Source: Eledone cirrhosa (lineage: Eukaryota). From it: a DNA stretch of 64,000 bases. Position 1 is the first letter of the stretch; every line of letters starts with the position of its first letter. The position numbers were made by a program, and so were the translations under genes. A model generated the notes under the pieces. That model did not search any database and was not told the DNA's origin. It was given only the letters and a program-made list of their open reading frames with translations. Where the stretch lies: NCBI GenBank assembly GCA_964016885.1, contig OZ024746.1:88474001-88538000 (forward strand), given 5' to 3'. Positions 14,269-29,021 of this stretch are shown here, piece after piece.

Positions 14269-14306
14269 CCTTTTGAAAGGCAGAAGAACTGCGAAACCGG
14301 TAAAGG
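14269..14306 (+). ncRNA. Minimal type I hammerhead motif, PLE-type (U3:A8 variant; G at position 9)
   Basis: cctt TTGAAAG GCAG-aagaa-CTGC GAAA CCGG TA^aagg: 4-bp stem I, 4-bp stem II, palindromic stem III ACCGGT, GUA triplet. Confidence 0.68.
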
Positions 14307-14436
14307 AAACAAATATATATATATATTTTTAAAGAAAATAAGACTCCAGTTGCATTTTCGATTTCTTCTCTTTTTCTTTATACTTTCACTCGTGTAGGAC
14401 ACCTCGGTTATTTTTCATTTTATAAAAATACCTCAC

Positions 14437-14519
<83 letters not shown>

Positions 14520-14546
14520 TGCATGAAATATGCGTCCTGAATATAT

Positions 14547-15617
14547 TGTTATACTTTGGGAGGGTCATTTTGCCAATAAGAAACACACGCACCAGTGCTT
14601 TCACTCCAATTTATTATAAATTAAATTCATAAATTTAAGAATTTATGAATTTCCGTTTGGTTAGTCCCACAACCGGACGGTTGTTCATATATTGTCAAAG
14701 TTCTTTCGTCACACATTCTTTGACCTCTTCAGTGACTGGGGATTATTCTCTTTGTTTTGTACCTCTCCTTTGTTCTGTACTACGCCATCTTGTGTTTGTG
14801 TGTGTTGTGTGCTTAGTTTGCGCATGTGTTACATCCGGGTGTCTGTGTGTGTTTTTATTTGTTTATTTCTTTGTTTATTGACATGTTACTGGTTGTTTGT
14901 TTGTTCTATATGTGTGTGTTTTCATTTTTCCTTAATTGTAAGTTGTGATGTTGCTATTTAATTTTGGCTGAAGTTCATTTATGTTTATTTCCTCTGTGAT
15001 TTGTCTAATCATTGCGTCTTTTCTGTGTGTAGATATTATTTTTATTTCTATGTTCTCTAATTTGTCCTTATGTTCTATTTTAGCATGTTGGTGGAGTACT
15101 ATCAATCTGTTCTATCTTGAAGCTCTCGCCAGTGTTCATTTAATCTGTCTCCTCTACTACGAGCTGTCTCACCTATGTACACTATATTCTCATATTTACA
15201 TTGTCCTTCAGTACATCTTATGCTATATACTATGTTTCGAGTTTTACTGTTAATATGGGGGCTTAGTTTACAGATTTTTCATTTCTTATCTATACAAGGG
15301 GGTCTTTCAAAAAGGCTATGTATTACTAATAAGTGTTTTTATGGAGGTAGTGGCTTTTCTACTATCTTAATATTTAGTTTAAGTTTATCTACGGTCCTTC
15401 TAAATTTGTAAACTAATTCACCTCTATGGGTTGTATTGTATTAGCTTACAGATTTAGAACATTGACAATATATGAACAACCGTCCGGTTGTGGAACCAAC
15501 CAACCAACCGGAAATTTATAAATTCTTAAATTTATAAATTTAATTCATAATAAAGTGTAGTGAAAGCAATTGGTGCGGTGTTCCTTATTGGCAACTTGAC
15601 CCTCCCAAAGTATAACA
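14547..15617. mobile_element. Non-coding inverted-repeat element with ~160-bp TIRs, TGTTATAC...GTATAACA termini and an internal HHR
   Basis: 14547-14704 is an imperfect reverse complement of 15456-15617. Flanks ATAT and GTAT. TG-rich interior with no recognisable protein. Confidence 0.85.
14694..14736 (-). ncRNA. Minimal type I hammerhead motif
   Basis: gtca CTGAAGA g GTCA-aagaatgtg-TGAC GAAA GAAC TT^tgac: all core nucleotides present, 4-bp stems I and II, 2-bp stem III, weak CUU triplet. Confidence 0.65.
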
Positions 15618-15676
<59 letters not shown>

Positions 15677-15680
<4 letters not shown>

Positions 15681-15790
15681 GGGGGGACATAGTGTTATAA
15701 TAATGCCAGAAAAAAAAGTAAAAGCGCATCCCTGTTTCGCTATGGTTGGTTTTCGCTTCCGTACATTTTATATCCCTATAGTTAATATAT
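15677..15790. mobile_element. Terminal fragment of the GGAGGGTCAT terminal-motif family
   Basis: GGGGGGACATAGTGTTATAATAATGCCAGAA...GGTTTTCGCTTCCGTAC resembles 44890-44930 and 52003-52080. Confidence 0.55.
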
Positions 15791-16046
15791 AAATATCCAT
15801 ATATGTATATATATATTAGAAAAGGGGAAGTAAGGATTCTATTTCTTCATATAATTTATATACATCATACATTTTTTAAAAAAGGAATGTTTGCCTCATT
15901 TTTTAATAACACTAACTTTTTAATAACATTATCTTTTCAATAATGTCACTTTGACGAAATAAAAAAAGTAAAACAGACCCTTAAATATATTTTCCGTGCT
16001 ATTCTCACCTTCATCATTTCTGTATATATATATATATATATATAGG

Positions 16047-16082
<36 letters not shown>

Positions 16083-17828
16083 GTTGAAAAGCGTTGGGGG
16101 GGGGGGGTCATATTCTATAGAAATCAGAGGTTTTAGAGATATGCTACAATGGAACCAACACATAGTAGAATTTTCAAGGAAGCTGTTTTTCTTCTTTAAT
16201 CTGGCAAAGTGTTATTTTTAAAGGGTTTTATATAATATATAAAATATAAGCATTAAATATTAAAGTTGTGAAAAAACCTCGAATCTACTGTATCAATTTA
16301 GAACATTGGTGCATTCATCTACACAATTTTCCACGATAACCTTAACGCATATTGAATAGTTTGAAGTAGGATATAATTTCTGGTTATGTTGAAGTAAGAA
16401 GCCCCACACAAAAGCTGACATAAACACACCTGAAGACAAAATTAGATGTCTTAAATGTGTGTAATTTAACACATCAACTATTAGAATCTAGAATAAATAG
16501 ATTTTCAAAAAATATATTTAAACATTATATATTTGCATATGCCTCTGTGAAAACTTAGCTAATGTATTTCTTTTTGTAGAAACAGGTGAGACATAAATGC
16601 GTATGAGAAATAGAGATACAAATATAAAGAACTCCAAGTATATGAAGTCAAAAAATCATATTCAATGACAACAATGAGGTAAATTTACAAGTCATCAAAC
16701 AAAACCTATGATACCGAACACATAACTTCAATGTATGTAAACGGAGATTTTCTTATTATTCTGAAGTATCAAAAAGGAACCTGTAGTAGGGTATTAAACT
16801 TGATCAAACATTTAATATTGATATTAGATTCAATCATTCTATGCATCAGATCAAGTTCAACTCATTCCACATCTAGTAAAACCCGGCTTTCTTCCATATT
16901 TACCCGTTTCTTTCTTCGCGCACCACTCCAGATAAAGTCGAGCACACTAGTGGAGAGAATGTAAGGAAATATTCCAATGGTAACTACTTTTCTACATTCC
17001 TTGCCCAAAACCTACAATATATGCGTCGATTGCACTCCACGTGATGTTGAACTCCTTCAAAGCCTGAGGATGACACAGGGGATAACCACAATAGTGATCT
17101 AACTAAGCTTCACCCGGACGAGGCCATAGTTTCGTTCCTCCGACTGAGAGAGTTCCAGAGAGCTATTGTCGAGATCCTCAAACTGCCTGCAGATTCGGAG
17201 TTGAGGCGCTATTGTCGTTTATCAAACATGCATTTGAAACCAATATCCAGGAGGAAAGGAATGACGTATTCAATTTTGCGGCTCTGGCAACTGGGATTCC
17301 GAATCCGTCACACAACTTGCCTCAGCAATAGCACAACGCGATAACAGGCAGTGCCATCGTTTCTCACTTAGTAGCGGTGTTGATATCTCCATGCTTTCGA
17401 TGAAACTAAAACAATCTAGCATCTTATAGGTTTCTGCTTATGATGATGAGGTGAAAAATCTCACTTGTGTATGGAGTAGTAGCCGGTCAGCCTTAAATTA
17501 AAATGTCTTTTTATTGGTACTCCTACATATCGATTTATATATATATATATATATTTGGGGGATGCGTGCCTGTGTTTGTGTTTGAGTGTGGATGTGCGTA
17601 AGTGTTTATATATGTAAATATTATTCCATATATAAATAAAATCCACAGGGCTAGCACTACTCCATCTTATGAAGTGTCAAGGAACAATGGTTTCATATGA
17701 ATGAAACAATTCTAGATATGTAGAAGTATACCAATATAAATTCTAATATGCATATACGCTAACAACGTTTTGAGTAACATATTTAACTGTGATACCCAGC
17801 CCTCGACACAACACGGGAATCTACAGAA

Positions 17829-18035
<207 letters not shown>

Positions 18036-18039
18036 TATG

Positions 18040-18960
18040 TGACTATGGACACGAAATCAAATATCTCATGAAATGTCGATGCAGGAGGTTTTCTCCTGCA
18101 TTGATAGACAAGGTATAGATTAAGCCCACTTATTAAATGTAAAACTACAAACGTAGTATATAGCATATGTTGCACAGAGGAACAGTGCATGTGTGGCAAC
18201 ACGGCATGCATCGATGAGACGGTCCTTGGCGTGAAGAAAATTATAACAGATCACTGACGAGGATTCCAAGATCAGAAAAACATATTTGTACTCCACCAAA
18301 TATTCCAGAATGCAACACTAGAGAACATTGAGAAAAATTATATCCACATACGGAACAGATGCAATGCTCCGCTAGATTACTGATGCGACAAAGATAAACT
18401 AAATAGAATATTCAATAGCAACAACTTCAGACTATAAAAACTAAAGATAATATACAGAGATATAAAATCAAAAGCATTAAACTAATAAGACAAACCAAAC
18501 ACACACTCTCACACACACACGCACACATACACACACACACTCTCTCACACACATACACACACACACACACAGACACACACAGACACACACACACGCGCAC
18601 ACACACACACACACACAGACATACACACTCACGCACACACACACGTATACACACACACACATACATATTTAGACACACGTACAAAAACAGACAAGTAAAC
18701 ACGTAGTGACAAATAGGAAAGAGAGAAAAAATTAAATAAACGCATAAATAAATGAACGAAATAGATTTTAAAATGAAATAACACGCACAATCCTGTATAT
18801 AATGCCCACGCATGTACATAGCTTCCACAAACTAAATGTTATTAGAGAGAACACCGGAGATACACAGAGTACCAAAACAATAGTCATTGAGGAGGCCATC
18901 GGATGTGTGACAAAAGAAATTGAATAATAATCCACAACTAAACAGCCATACGCCACAGAA
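18040..18960 (+). mobile_element. Old diverged relative of the 14547-15617 interior, in opposite orientation, with a decayed HHR at ~18883-18925
   Basis: Reverse complement of 18110-18190 aligns with 15198-15270; 18880-18925 aligns with 14694-14736. CA-rich centre mirrors the TG-rich centre. Confidence 0.65.
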
Positions 18961-19922
18961 ACTAACCTAGTGGGGGATTATAATAAGAAAAGTGACTTTT
19001 TACAGGTGTCTTTGTTTCATATTGGCATAATTAGTTGGGTATTTGTTACATACATTTCTCGGTAAAATTCTGAACAGATATTTATAGAGTGAAAAAAATA
19101 GATTAAAAGTGCTACAATCGCATGACAGATGAAATGAAATAGATGTGATCAGAGCTTCGTCTATGGCAAGTATTTAATCACGTTTATTTATTATTTATTA
19201 TTCTGAAATCAAGCAAAATCTTGAAAGTAACTGATGAGACTGATTAACTACTAATGATCATTATCTTTCATGTAATTGACAAAATCAACGCTTGTGATTC
19301 CTTTTGACACTAAACATTTCTTTCTCAAAATTACTATCAGTTCAGTGAGTGCTAAACTATATATGAAGTGCTATATTAAATCACGAAGAAAATGAAAATA
19401 ATTATATTGTGGCTACCGGATGTATTTCATGTTTTTCCAAGGAACTCGTTCGAAATTTACCAGCTGCCTTCTCATTATACTATGTATAAAACTACAGTCT
19501 TCACCGTGCTATTACTTGTTTAGACAAAAGATTGAGCTCTTTCTGGTTTATCTGTCAAGGGCACATAGAGAAATGCACTGACAAATATTTCCATAAGTTT
19601 ATATTTTAAATTATTCATTGGTTTCAATGAGAAGACAGCAGTCATACTAGGGCACGACCTTGAGAAGAACGAAAATGATTATATAGAAACTTGTAATTAT
19701 TGTCTGTAGCCCATGGTCTCTAGCAACTGGGGAAAATACTCACACGCCCAAAGACGCAATTACATAATAGTTACACACAAACACACACACACGCATATAT
19801 ATATGTTTCTGTATCAAATTAAAGTTAAAGACTCATATTAATGAGCTCATCGTAGACATATGTTTAATGCTCTAGTGGTTTTATCCCCTACGATTAAACA
19901 CTTCTAGCTAAGTACTCATATA

Positions 19923-20112
<190 letters not shown>

Positions 20113-20203
20113 AAAGAATAGAGGTGTAACACAGGAGCTATGATATATTGGTAAAAGGAAAAGAAAATGCTGACAAATTGTTCCCAGTGAAAAATAGTTT
20201 AAT

Positions 20204-20337
<134 letters not shown>

Positions 20338-20375
20338 GGTGTTCTGGTGGGTAAACACAAGAACAACATCATAAT

Positions 20376-20448
<73 letters not shown>

Positions 20449-21150
20449 TGGCTGCCAACTCGTTTTTGAGTACAGCCACTACTTTAAATCGATGTAGGAG
20501 AACCCCCACCGATGCGCTGAACGAGTCTGACTTTTTCGTCCAGCCAGCGACTTGAAGACTCAGGTACAAAAACTACACTTGTGACAATTATTGACACATA
20601 GTGCTCGGCCCATGATACCATGTGACGACCAGTGCAGAGATATCTCCAGATATAAAGCAATGCCTGTGCCGTGAAGATTTTATAGTGAGCAAATGTACTG
20701 CACAAAGCCAGTCCCACTCTCTTAACCAAGATGATATTTACCAAAAAGAAGAACAACACCGGATGGTATCCAATGATATATATATATATACATACATACA
20801 TACATATATTTGTTTGTGCGTTTAAGCGTATTGTGTATGCACGTATGTATGTGTGTCTGTGAGTGTGTGCGTGAACTGTTGCGCTTTCTCATTATATCTT
20901 CTGATGAAGGATTAGTGTCCGAAAAGTAATAACTTTTTTACTACTATATCAAGCACTTACCTGTTTTTTGACAGCATAGGGTACAGATATGGCAGTGTAT
21001 ATTTGAAGGTAGAGTTACTTGCCTTGGGAGTCTCTCACACATATAATAATATTATTTAGCTGCAGAACTATTTGTGGCGGAGTAGTAGCTAAATGAAATA
21101 TCGCACTAAGACTGGTTTAGGCGAAAAAGCAGAAGCAGTATAAGAAGAAC

Positions 21151-21207
<57 letters not shown>
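21151..21207. repeat. (GTA)n microsatellite
   Basis: Directly visible. Confidence 0.98.
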
Positions 21208-21295
21208 ATGTGGTGTTATCTGTTGAATGCTGCAATATATGCTTTGGTAGAATGTTTTCCCTCTTTTTCCCATTCTCCTTAGGATTAAATCCCAT

Positions 21296-21397
21296 GGAGG
21301 TTAACTTTGCCTTTCATCCTTACGGGGTCGATAAAATAAAGTACCAGTAACTTACCGGATTATTGCTGGCCTTGTGCCAAAAGTAGAAACAATTATT
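21296..21397 (+). mobile_element. 5'-truncated SINE
   Basis: Core and 3' tail of the family consensus. Confidence 0.88.
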
Positions 21398-22647
21398 TTT
21401 ATTTCCATTCTTATTTATATTTTGATATTGCTTTTTATTACTTTTCTTACTATCATTCCTCCTTGACACACACTATGACCCCTCTCTTTCCAGTTTCTTA
21501 AATAAAAAGGCCATGCAACACTCCCCCATATATCTATTTCTACATATGCATATATATAAAATATATATATATATATATATGGGTGTACGGGTGTCTGCGT
21601 GTGTGCTGTGCCTGTATGTGTGTGTGTGTGTGTATGTATTTATATATGAGTGTCTGTAAAATATTGCACCATATTTAATATACCTATCTGTAAATATATC
21701 CATTTGAGAACCCACAGAAGTTATGCAAGTTAAACGTAAGGCACAATCGATAAATATATATTTCACACACAATTATGGTCAACATAAATGTCTAGGATAA
21801 TAAAGGTTAACAAAGTGTGATGTGAAAACTTACATAAATAAAAACTATGTTCAATTCTTGCCATGAATGTGTCTGAACGAAATATGATACACTATGTATA
21901 CTATACTTATGTTTATATTTAGGAACTATTATTTATTACATAATCTTTTATTCTGAGTCATATTTTTTATTCTGTTACACCATTTTCGTTGATGTTTAAA
22001 TATTTGAATCTTTTGTAAATATTGCTATTAAACATATTATCGTTGCATGCACCTCCTTGCGTTACGTAGTTTTGCCATATGAATTTATTCAGTTTAAGAG
22101 TAGGTTACTAATGTAGCATTCCTCTTTGACTAAAATACTCTAATTATAGAGTTAATATTTTTTTAATTCATGACTTGTCATTAATAACTCCCGATTACAA
22201 CATTTTTTGCGAGCCCATCTAAAACATCCACATATAAATCGACGTACACATTCCATTTGTTTCTCGCAATGATCCTCAATATTTTAGCACTTCCCATATT
22301 ATTAATCTATATTAGAATGGATCCCCATCAAGGGCAATGAACTCAATGAGTGAATTCATATTCAATCATGATTCCATATCAATTTGTTCTAAGCACCCAT
22401 ATCGGCAATCTTGTTTATGTTCATTAAATAACGGATTATTGCACATTATAATTCAAAGCATCTGCACATAATTAGATTTTCGTCTGATCTCACAAATGTA
22501 TGTGTATCTAAACTGATTGAAGAAGAACGATAGGAGAATATTGCCTGAAATATGCCAATCATAGTGTATGTTTTCTTGTATCCCTTCATTTCTATTTAGA
22601 TAATATATTCGGAACCTTGCCCCCAAATTTGTTAGAACTGATAGATG

Positions 22648-22683
<36 letters not shown>

Positions 22684-24093
22684 GATAGATAGATAGATAG
22701 ATAGATAAAGATACACGGGTGTGTATGATTGTGTATAGAAGATTATATAAATAAGAGGAATTCCAACTTTGTCTGATTTACTCGTTTTATTTGCAATCCT
22801 TTAAAATGTATAATGGTATTATAATGAAATAGTATGATAGAATATTAAATGTTAAGTGTTAATTGAACAAGTACTTTCATGCTTTCGCAATCTTCAGGTT
22901 CATAATGTGTGGTGACAGTCAAGTTTGCAAATTACTGAAAATTGCAAACTTGACTGTCACCACACATTATGAACCTGAAGATTGCGAAAGCATATATATA
23001 TATATAGAGAGAGAGAGATATATATATGGACCAGAATGTATGATGACGTAGAAAAACAACAGCCAATAGCAAGACAAATGAGGAAGATGTTTTTTTAAGC
23101 TAACACCCCAGTGAGAAAATGTGTTCCGAAAGTATTGCATGTGTCCGAAAAACCTGCAGATATAGAATCAGACAGATCCATACAATGATGGTGACTCGAA
23201 CTATCTCCGAAGAAACAATTGTAACACACAATAAACTGAGTCCAGATGCATCACTGATCTTCCGTTTTATATTATATGGCACACTGCTCTGTAAGAACAT
23301 AGAGTGCTCAACTGAAATACCGCCTTTGGAAGCATCAGAGCTACCATTAAATACACACACACACAAACTCACACACATATATATATATATATATATCCTA
23401 ACTGGCCCGTTTCGAGTGGTTAACGGCGCTTAGACTCACCTGATCAATGAAACAATTGTTAATACTGTAAATAAAACACTTTTTGTACAGCCGACCATGT
23501 TATTCTTCACTATTTCACTACTATTACTCCAAGAATGACCTGCATGGACATCTCGCAATCTCGCTACCTAACTAAGGAAACCTCTTGTTGAGTCAAACAA
23601 CACCGTACGTTAAAACTATCCATAGTACAGTGTACTAACAACCTCTTGTGAGTTCGTGAGACACGCTAAATTCCGATACCGCGTGCGTTATTATATATAC
23701 GCACACTATTCAGTTTTCTGATATACTTAGAATTGAACACAATACTAATTCTTCAACCACTGACGAGCAAGAATTGGTATTCCTCTTCACAATTAATTTG
23801 CAAAACAGCATAGCCAAACGCTGTCAGGCTGATCGGTAGTTACCACAATTCCGATTTGTATTTCTTGTCTTGATTTATTCTTAAATTGAGTCTGGAAAAC
23901 CCTATTGTCCATAGTATTTATTTCACCTTAGCGAATCTGGTCCCTTACGATTTGAACGCATATATGTGTATATATATATATATATGTTTATCTGTCTTTT
24001 ATATTCAATTATAATATACGGCTCGGAAGAATCTCTTTCCTAGAGCTACTTTATGGTAAGGGACTATGTTGAATTTCTAAATAAATATAGACC

Positions 24094-24190
<97 letters not shown>

Positions 24191-24372
24191 TATATTCAAA
24201 GGGAGAAAAAGAGTGAATGATAACAGTAAGATAATTGATTTGGAGTGGAGTTGGGAGGGGATGGGATGTTTCCATATTTCCATTGATCTATAATGACAGG
24301 ATGCTTTTCAAGTTCCTTTCTTATAGATCCCAATAAATTATCTTGCTGTTATAATTCACTATTTTCTGTATT

Positions 24373-24435
<63 letters not shown>

Positions 24436-24569
24436 CAATATAAATTAGCGAGAATCGTATTTCGGCCTATGAATTAACGAAAAAATAACTTCCGAGATGT
24501 GTGGCAAGCGCTCAATGATTCAGATGAACCAGAGCTATAATATATGTTAAAGGCCAAACACACTGAGAG

Positions 24570-24728
24570 ATGGTTAAACAATTATCCGCAAAGCCAAAAA
24601 AAACGACCAAGTAATTTGGGTCAAACAAATAAAAAAAAATATATATATATATCTATATATCTATATTTATTTGTTTGATCCGAAATACTTAGTCGTTTTA
24701 TTGGCTATGCGGATGATTGTGTAACCAT
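24570..24728. repeat. Imperfect inverted repeat with ~63-bp arms around an A/TA spacer
   Basis: 24570-24633 versus reverse complement of 24666-24728. Confidence 0.85.
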
Positions 24729-25022
24729 ATATATATATATATATATATATGTAGATAAATCTACCAAGAGTTTACGGTAGTGTCCAATCCGTATGAAGAA
24801 CTCAATGTATTCCGGATATCATGGAAAGAAGAGATGTAATGAAAATCCACTTTCGGTGAAAGATAAACGGTATACAGAGTCAAGATAAAATATTAAACAA
24901 ATAATGAACAAACAATTCCTTATATTAAACAAAAAAAGTTCACTATTTAACGATCGTTTCTAGGGTATATATGTGTTATAATTGGTATGCATATTTAACA
25001 GATCTATGTACAAAATTATACA

Positions 25023-25059
<37 letters not shown>

Positions 25060-25063
<4 letters not shown>

Positions 25064-25640
25064 TAATTTAATATATCAACTAACATAAGCGCACAGATGC
25101 ACGCCCATGCTAGCAAATACACAGGTTATGTCATAGTACCTAGGTGGTTCAATGCAGGAGAATGCAGAACAATAATATAAAAGACGTAAAATAAGAAAAT
25201 ATTTTTTCAAAAAAATTTTTTAAAAATTTTTTACTTACTTACGACGAAACATAAGTCAATTGCATGAACTCATAATCCTTTATTTACTGCTATATATATT
25301 TCGATGATAGCCATAGAATGGCTATCAGCTCATCAGGCAGTTAGTCAGTTATTAGATATGCCAGCTCTGTGTTTCTAGTCTTGATGCTATCAGAGCATTG
25401 GGACATATGAGCTTGTTAGGGATAATTTAATGTTGTCAGCAGGGATAGTCTTAATTCTCATTGGTCAGTTTGTAGATGCTAGTAGGGTTGGTATTTCACC
25501 TCAAAGAGGCAGCTGGTGTTGTAAAGTTCAAACCATCAGACATGATGACAATAGTTCCGTATGACTGATTTTTCACAAAAAGCATTCCTGGTCACATATA
25601 TATTCAATTAAGGTTAATAGTATGAAATAGATACTACAGA
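25060..25640 (-). mobile_element. PLE 3' remnant (Naiad-like C-terminus, HHR, AATAAA, tail ending at TA/GA tract)
   Basis: Minus strand reads ICDQECFL*KISHTELLSSCL (compare KSELFSSCLH at 63.2 kb), then the HHR and AAATAAA. Confidence 0.6.
25286..25341 (-). ncRNA. Type I hammerhead motif with intact core
   Basis: actgc CTGATGA GcTGATAGCCAT-tct-ATGGCTATCAtC GAAA TATATA TA^gcagt: 5-bp stem I, 11/12-bp stem II, palindromic stem III, AUA triplet. Confidence 0.88.
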
Positions 25641-25648
25641 TCATTCTT

Positions 25649-25957
25649 AAATTGATGAATTTATGTGGAGTAGTGCTACTGAAAATTATGGTTAGAGTAG
25701 AACATTTACAAAATAAAAAAGACTTATGTAGGTTGGCTTGTACGTACACTCACACCCACCACCACAGACACACACACACACATCCACACATACAAATTGG
25801 GGAATTAATGTGGGGTGGTAAGACTCAAAATAATGGTTAGTGTCAAATACTTAGATAGTTTAGAAAATTTAGAAATAAAAGGCTTATATTGGTTGACTTG
25901 TACATACACTCACACCTACCCCATCAGACACACAGACACACACCTACACACACAAAT
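25649..25957. repeat. Diverged two-unit tandem repeat (~145-165 bp)
   Basis: AATT..GAATT.ATGTGG...ATGGTTAG...CTTGTAC.TACACTCACAC occurs twice. Confidence 0.75.
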
Positions 25958-25963
25958 CCATAC

Positions 25964-26039
<76 letters not shown>

Positions 26040-26200
26040 GCACAAGTATATATATATATATATATATAATATATATATATATAAAACACATATATATATA
26101 ATATATATATATATATAATGTATATATATATATATTAAATATACATACATATAAAATACACACATATATAAAATATACATACATATATATATATATAAAT

Positions 26201-26252
<52 letters not shown>

Positions 26253-26290
26253 CACCTATATACACATATACAATATATACATATATACAC

Positions 26291-26333
<43 letters not shown>

Positions 26334-26877
26334 AAATCAGGTTCAATAAAACGTGGTTTTGATGACTCCTTACCAGTAGAGGATCCTGTGGACCATCCAC
26401 CATAAGGACCACAAAATATGGGTGTTTGCTAATGTCCATCGGTCATTGGTACGGTGTGTAGGGACCTACACATATATATATATGCTTTAATTCATTTAAA
26501 TCTTCATCGACACTCTTTCACTTCCACACTCACTAGAACTCACCCACCCCAATCTCTTATATATAGAGTCACACATCATAACACATCCTGAGATCTGTTT
26601 GACAATCACTACCGATGAATGCGAGAAATTTCTCCGGGAAAGTTAACCCAGCCAAGAATCTTTAAAAATATTCCCATGGAAGTTAACAAGACCTTACTAT
26701 ATCTACAAAACCCAAATTGTAAATTATAATATTATGAAATTAAATTATATAGATTAGTATTACAAGTGAAGTCAATATTTTCCTTTTTTAAATATACCTA
26801 ACTCTACCAAGGATTTCACTTATTTTCCAACATATATATATATATAAATATATTTACATATATACACACACACACAC

Positions 26878-26929
<52 letters not shown>

Positions 26930-26938
26930 TTATATATA

Positions 26939-27010
<72 letters not shown>

Positions 27011-29021
27011 CACAATGGACCATTTTACCCTGTGAGGTTGTAAACACTTTTCAAGTCAACCGATAATTGTTTCTACTTTAGGCACAAGGCCCCGATAATA
27101 AATACTAACAGTTTATATGTTGGTGTGGCATCAGATATATGTCTGTTCTTGAATTTGATTTTGAAAGCTTTGTTTTTTTATTCACATAATTCATCTTGTA
27201 AATGCAAATCACAACAGTAGACATGGAATCTGAAACCTAATATGGAATTTTCAGCGTAAATATTATTTTTGTGTAAAACTTCCTAAATGATGACGATACA
27301 CATAACCATCATGGACATATATTTATTTATATCTTTGAATGCTGAATAACTCGACACTTTGGTAATATCACGCGTCACAAATCAAGCTTCAAGCGAATAA
27401 TGTTTGCATCCACAGCTGATGTAACAGCCGTCATGAACACCTGAAAAAAGTTCACTTTAGGTTAGAACAAACAAAAACACACAAGATTTCAAACAGTTGC
27501 CTGTATTGTAAAAGTGATTCAGGTAGTTTATCTTTGGACAGCCGTTGTAAATCAATATGCAATAATAATTAAATTATTCGCTGCTTTAAGTTCATCTTAA
27601 AGCTAACCTGTTCTAAAATACTCTAATATTGATTGATTTGCTAACTTGTGTAATGACCTAATGCAGGACGTGGTGAAAGTGAACATTATGTTTTATTTGG
27701 TGAACTACTTATTGAGCCACTAACACAGTTAACACTCAAAATCTGAAGATTATAAGAAATCTTTTGTGAGAAATCCATCTTTTGTAGCTGTTACTATATT
27801 TGTTGTAATTTGTTTTTTCTTTTTTTTTTAGAAAAAGCAAAGTCTTTCAACAAAAGAAATATATATATTACATATTTAGTATATGCTTTATATGTAGTAT
27901 ATTTTGCATATGCAGGATACTTAATATATTTACTATATAGAATCACATAAATATCCGATAAATGATCATTCTAAATATGACATCACTAATTTTACAAACA
28001 GGCAATTGCCTAAGAGTGAGGATGTATTCCTTGTTAGACATGACTCATCAAGCGGTACTTGAAGTTGAGCAATGCCGAATAACTTATATAATGAGATGTT
28101 CACATTCTTGCCCATTGTGTCATTACGACATTGTATGCCATTTGAGGCTTAAGGAATTTTATGCATTGCGTTGATAGTAGGCTTTTAGAACATATATTCG
28201 CCATTCCAGCTTAAACCTGCAACTCTATCTAACTTGCTTCGTGAGGAAGGCGATTATTTGCGTAAACTGATGAAAAAATCACATCAAAAGTCGAAGGGTC
28301 TCAGTTGGCTTAATAATCATGCATTTGTAAACGAGCCAACAGACAGATAGTGCTGGTTAGTCTTGATTGGCTTTCTGTTTAGGATCACGCTGATTTGAAG
28401 AACTGTGGAAATGGGTCTCTTTACTTATCTAGGTAATAATATTTACAGTGAACAATAACGTTATCCTTGTTATGGAGTTGGATGAATTGCAGCTCAATGG
28501 CAATCTACCAAGTAATGTTCACCCGAGCATTCGGAGCCCGCAGGTATTATACTTTCACGATGTGAATCATGGAATAAATATTAGTATTGGTGTTACTTTT
28601 CATGATCCCTGCCCCGCTGAAATGATGATGAGAGGATGCACGTTAATGTAATTTTATATTACAGGCGAAACAACATATTTTGCGTTGATACATATCTTGC
28701 AAGCCATGGCAAGCACTTTAGTATTTCTGCTGGGATTTGCACAGGCAGTGAATTTAAGCTTTAATAGTTCTTCCCAGGTAAGTCTTCCTAAAGCTACATC
28801 CTTTAAGAGAAGCCTTTGTTTAATCATTGCCGCAGTTCTATCTGTGCATGCCTGTGAATTTGACAATGAATAACTTTGTACATCCCAAACATTGCAAAGG
28901 TGAGCTGAAGTCATCGTGTGCAGAAAGCTTCCCTTATTTCATTTTTATCTCTGTAGATCTTCGATTAATGGTAACCACTCAGCGGCTTATACATGCTTGA
29001 CGTGGTGAACTGTAAGGTTCG

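Noticed and set aside
20901-20936. HHR core CTGATGA-aGGA..TCC-GAAA
   Set aside because: No stem I and a UUU triplet; counted only as decayed.
22975-22995. CTGAAGAttgcGAAA
   Set aside because: No stem II possible.
28448-28914. Short ORFs as possible host exons
   Set aside because: No recognisable domain or splice-consistent structure; unresolved without homology search.
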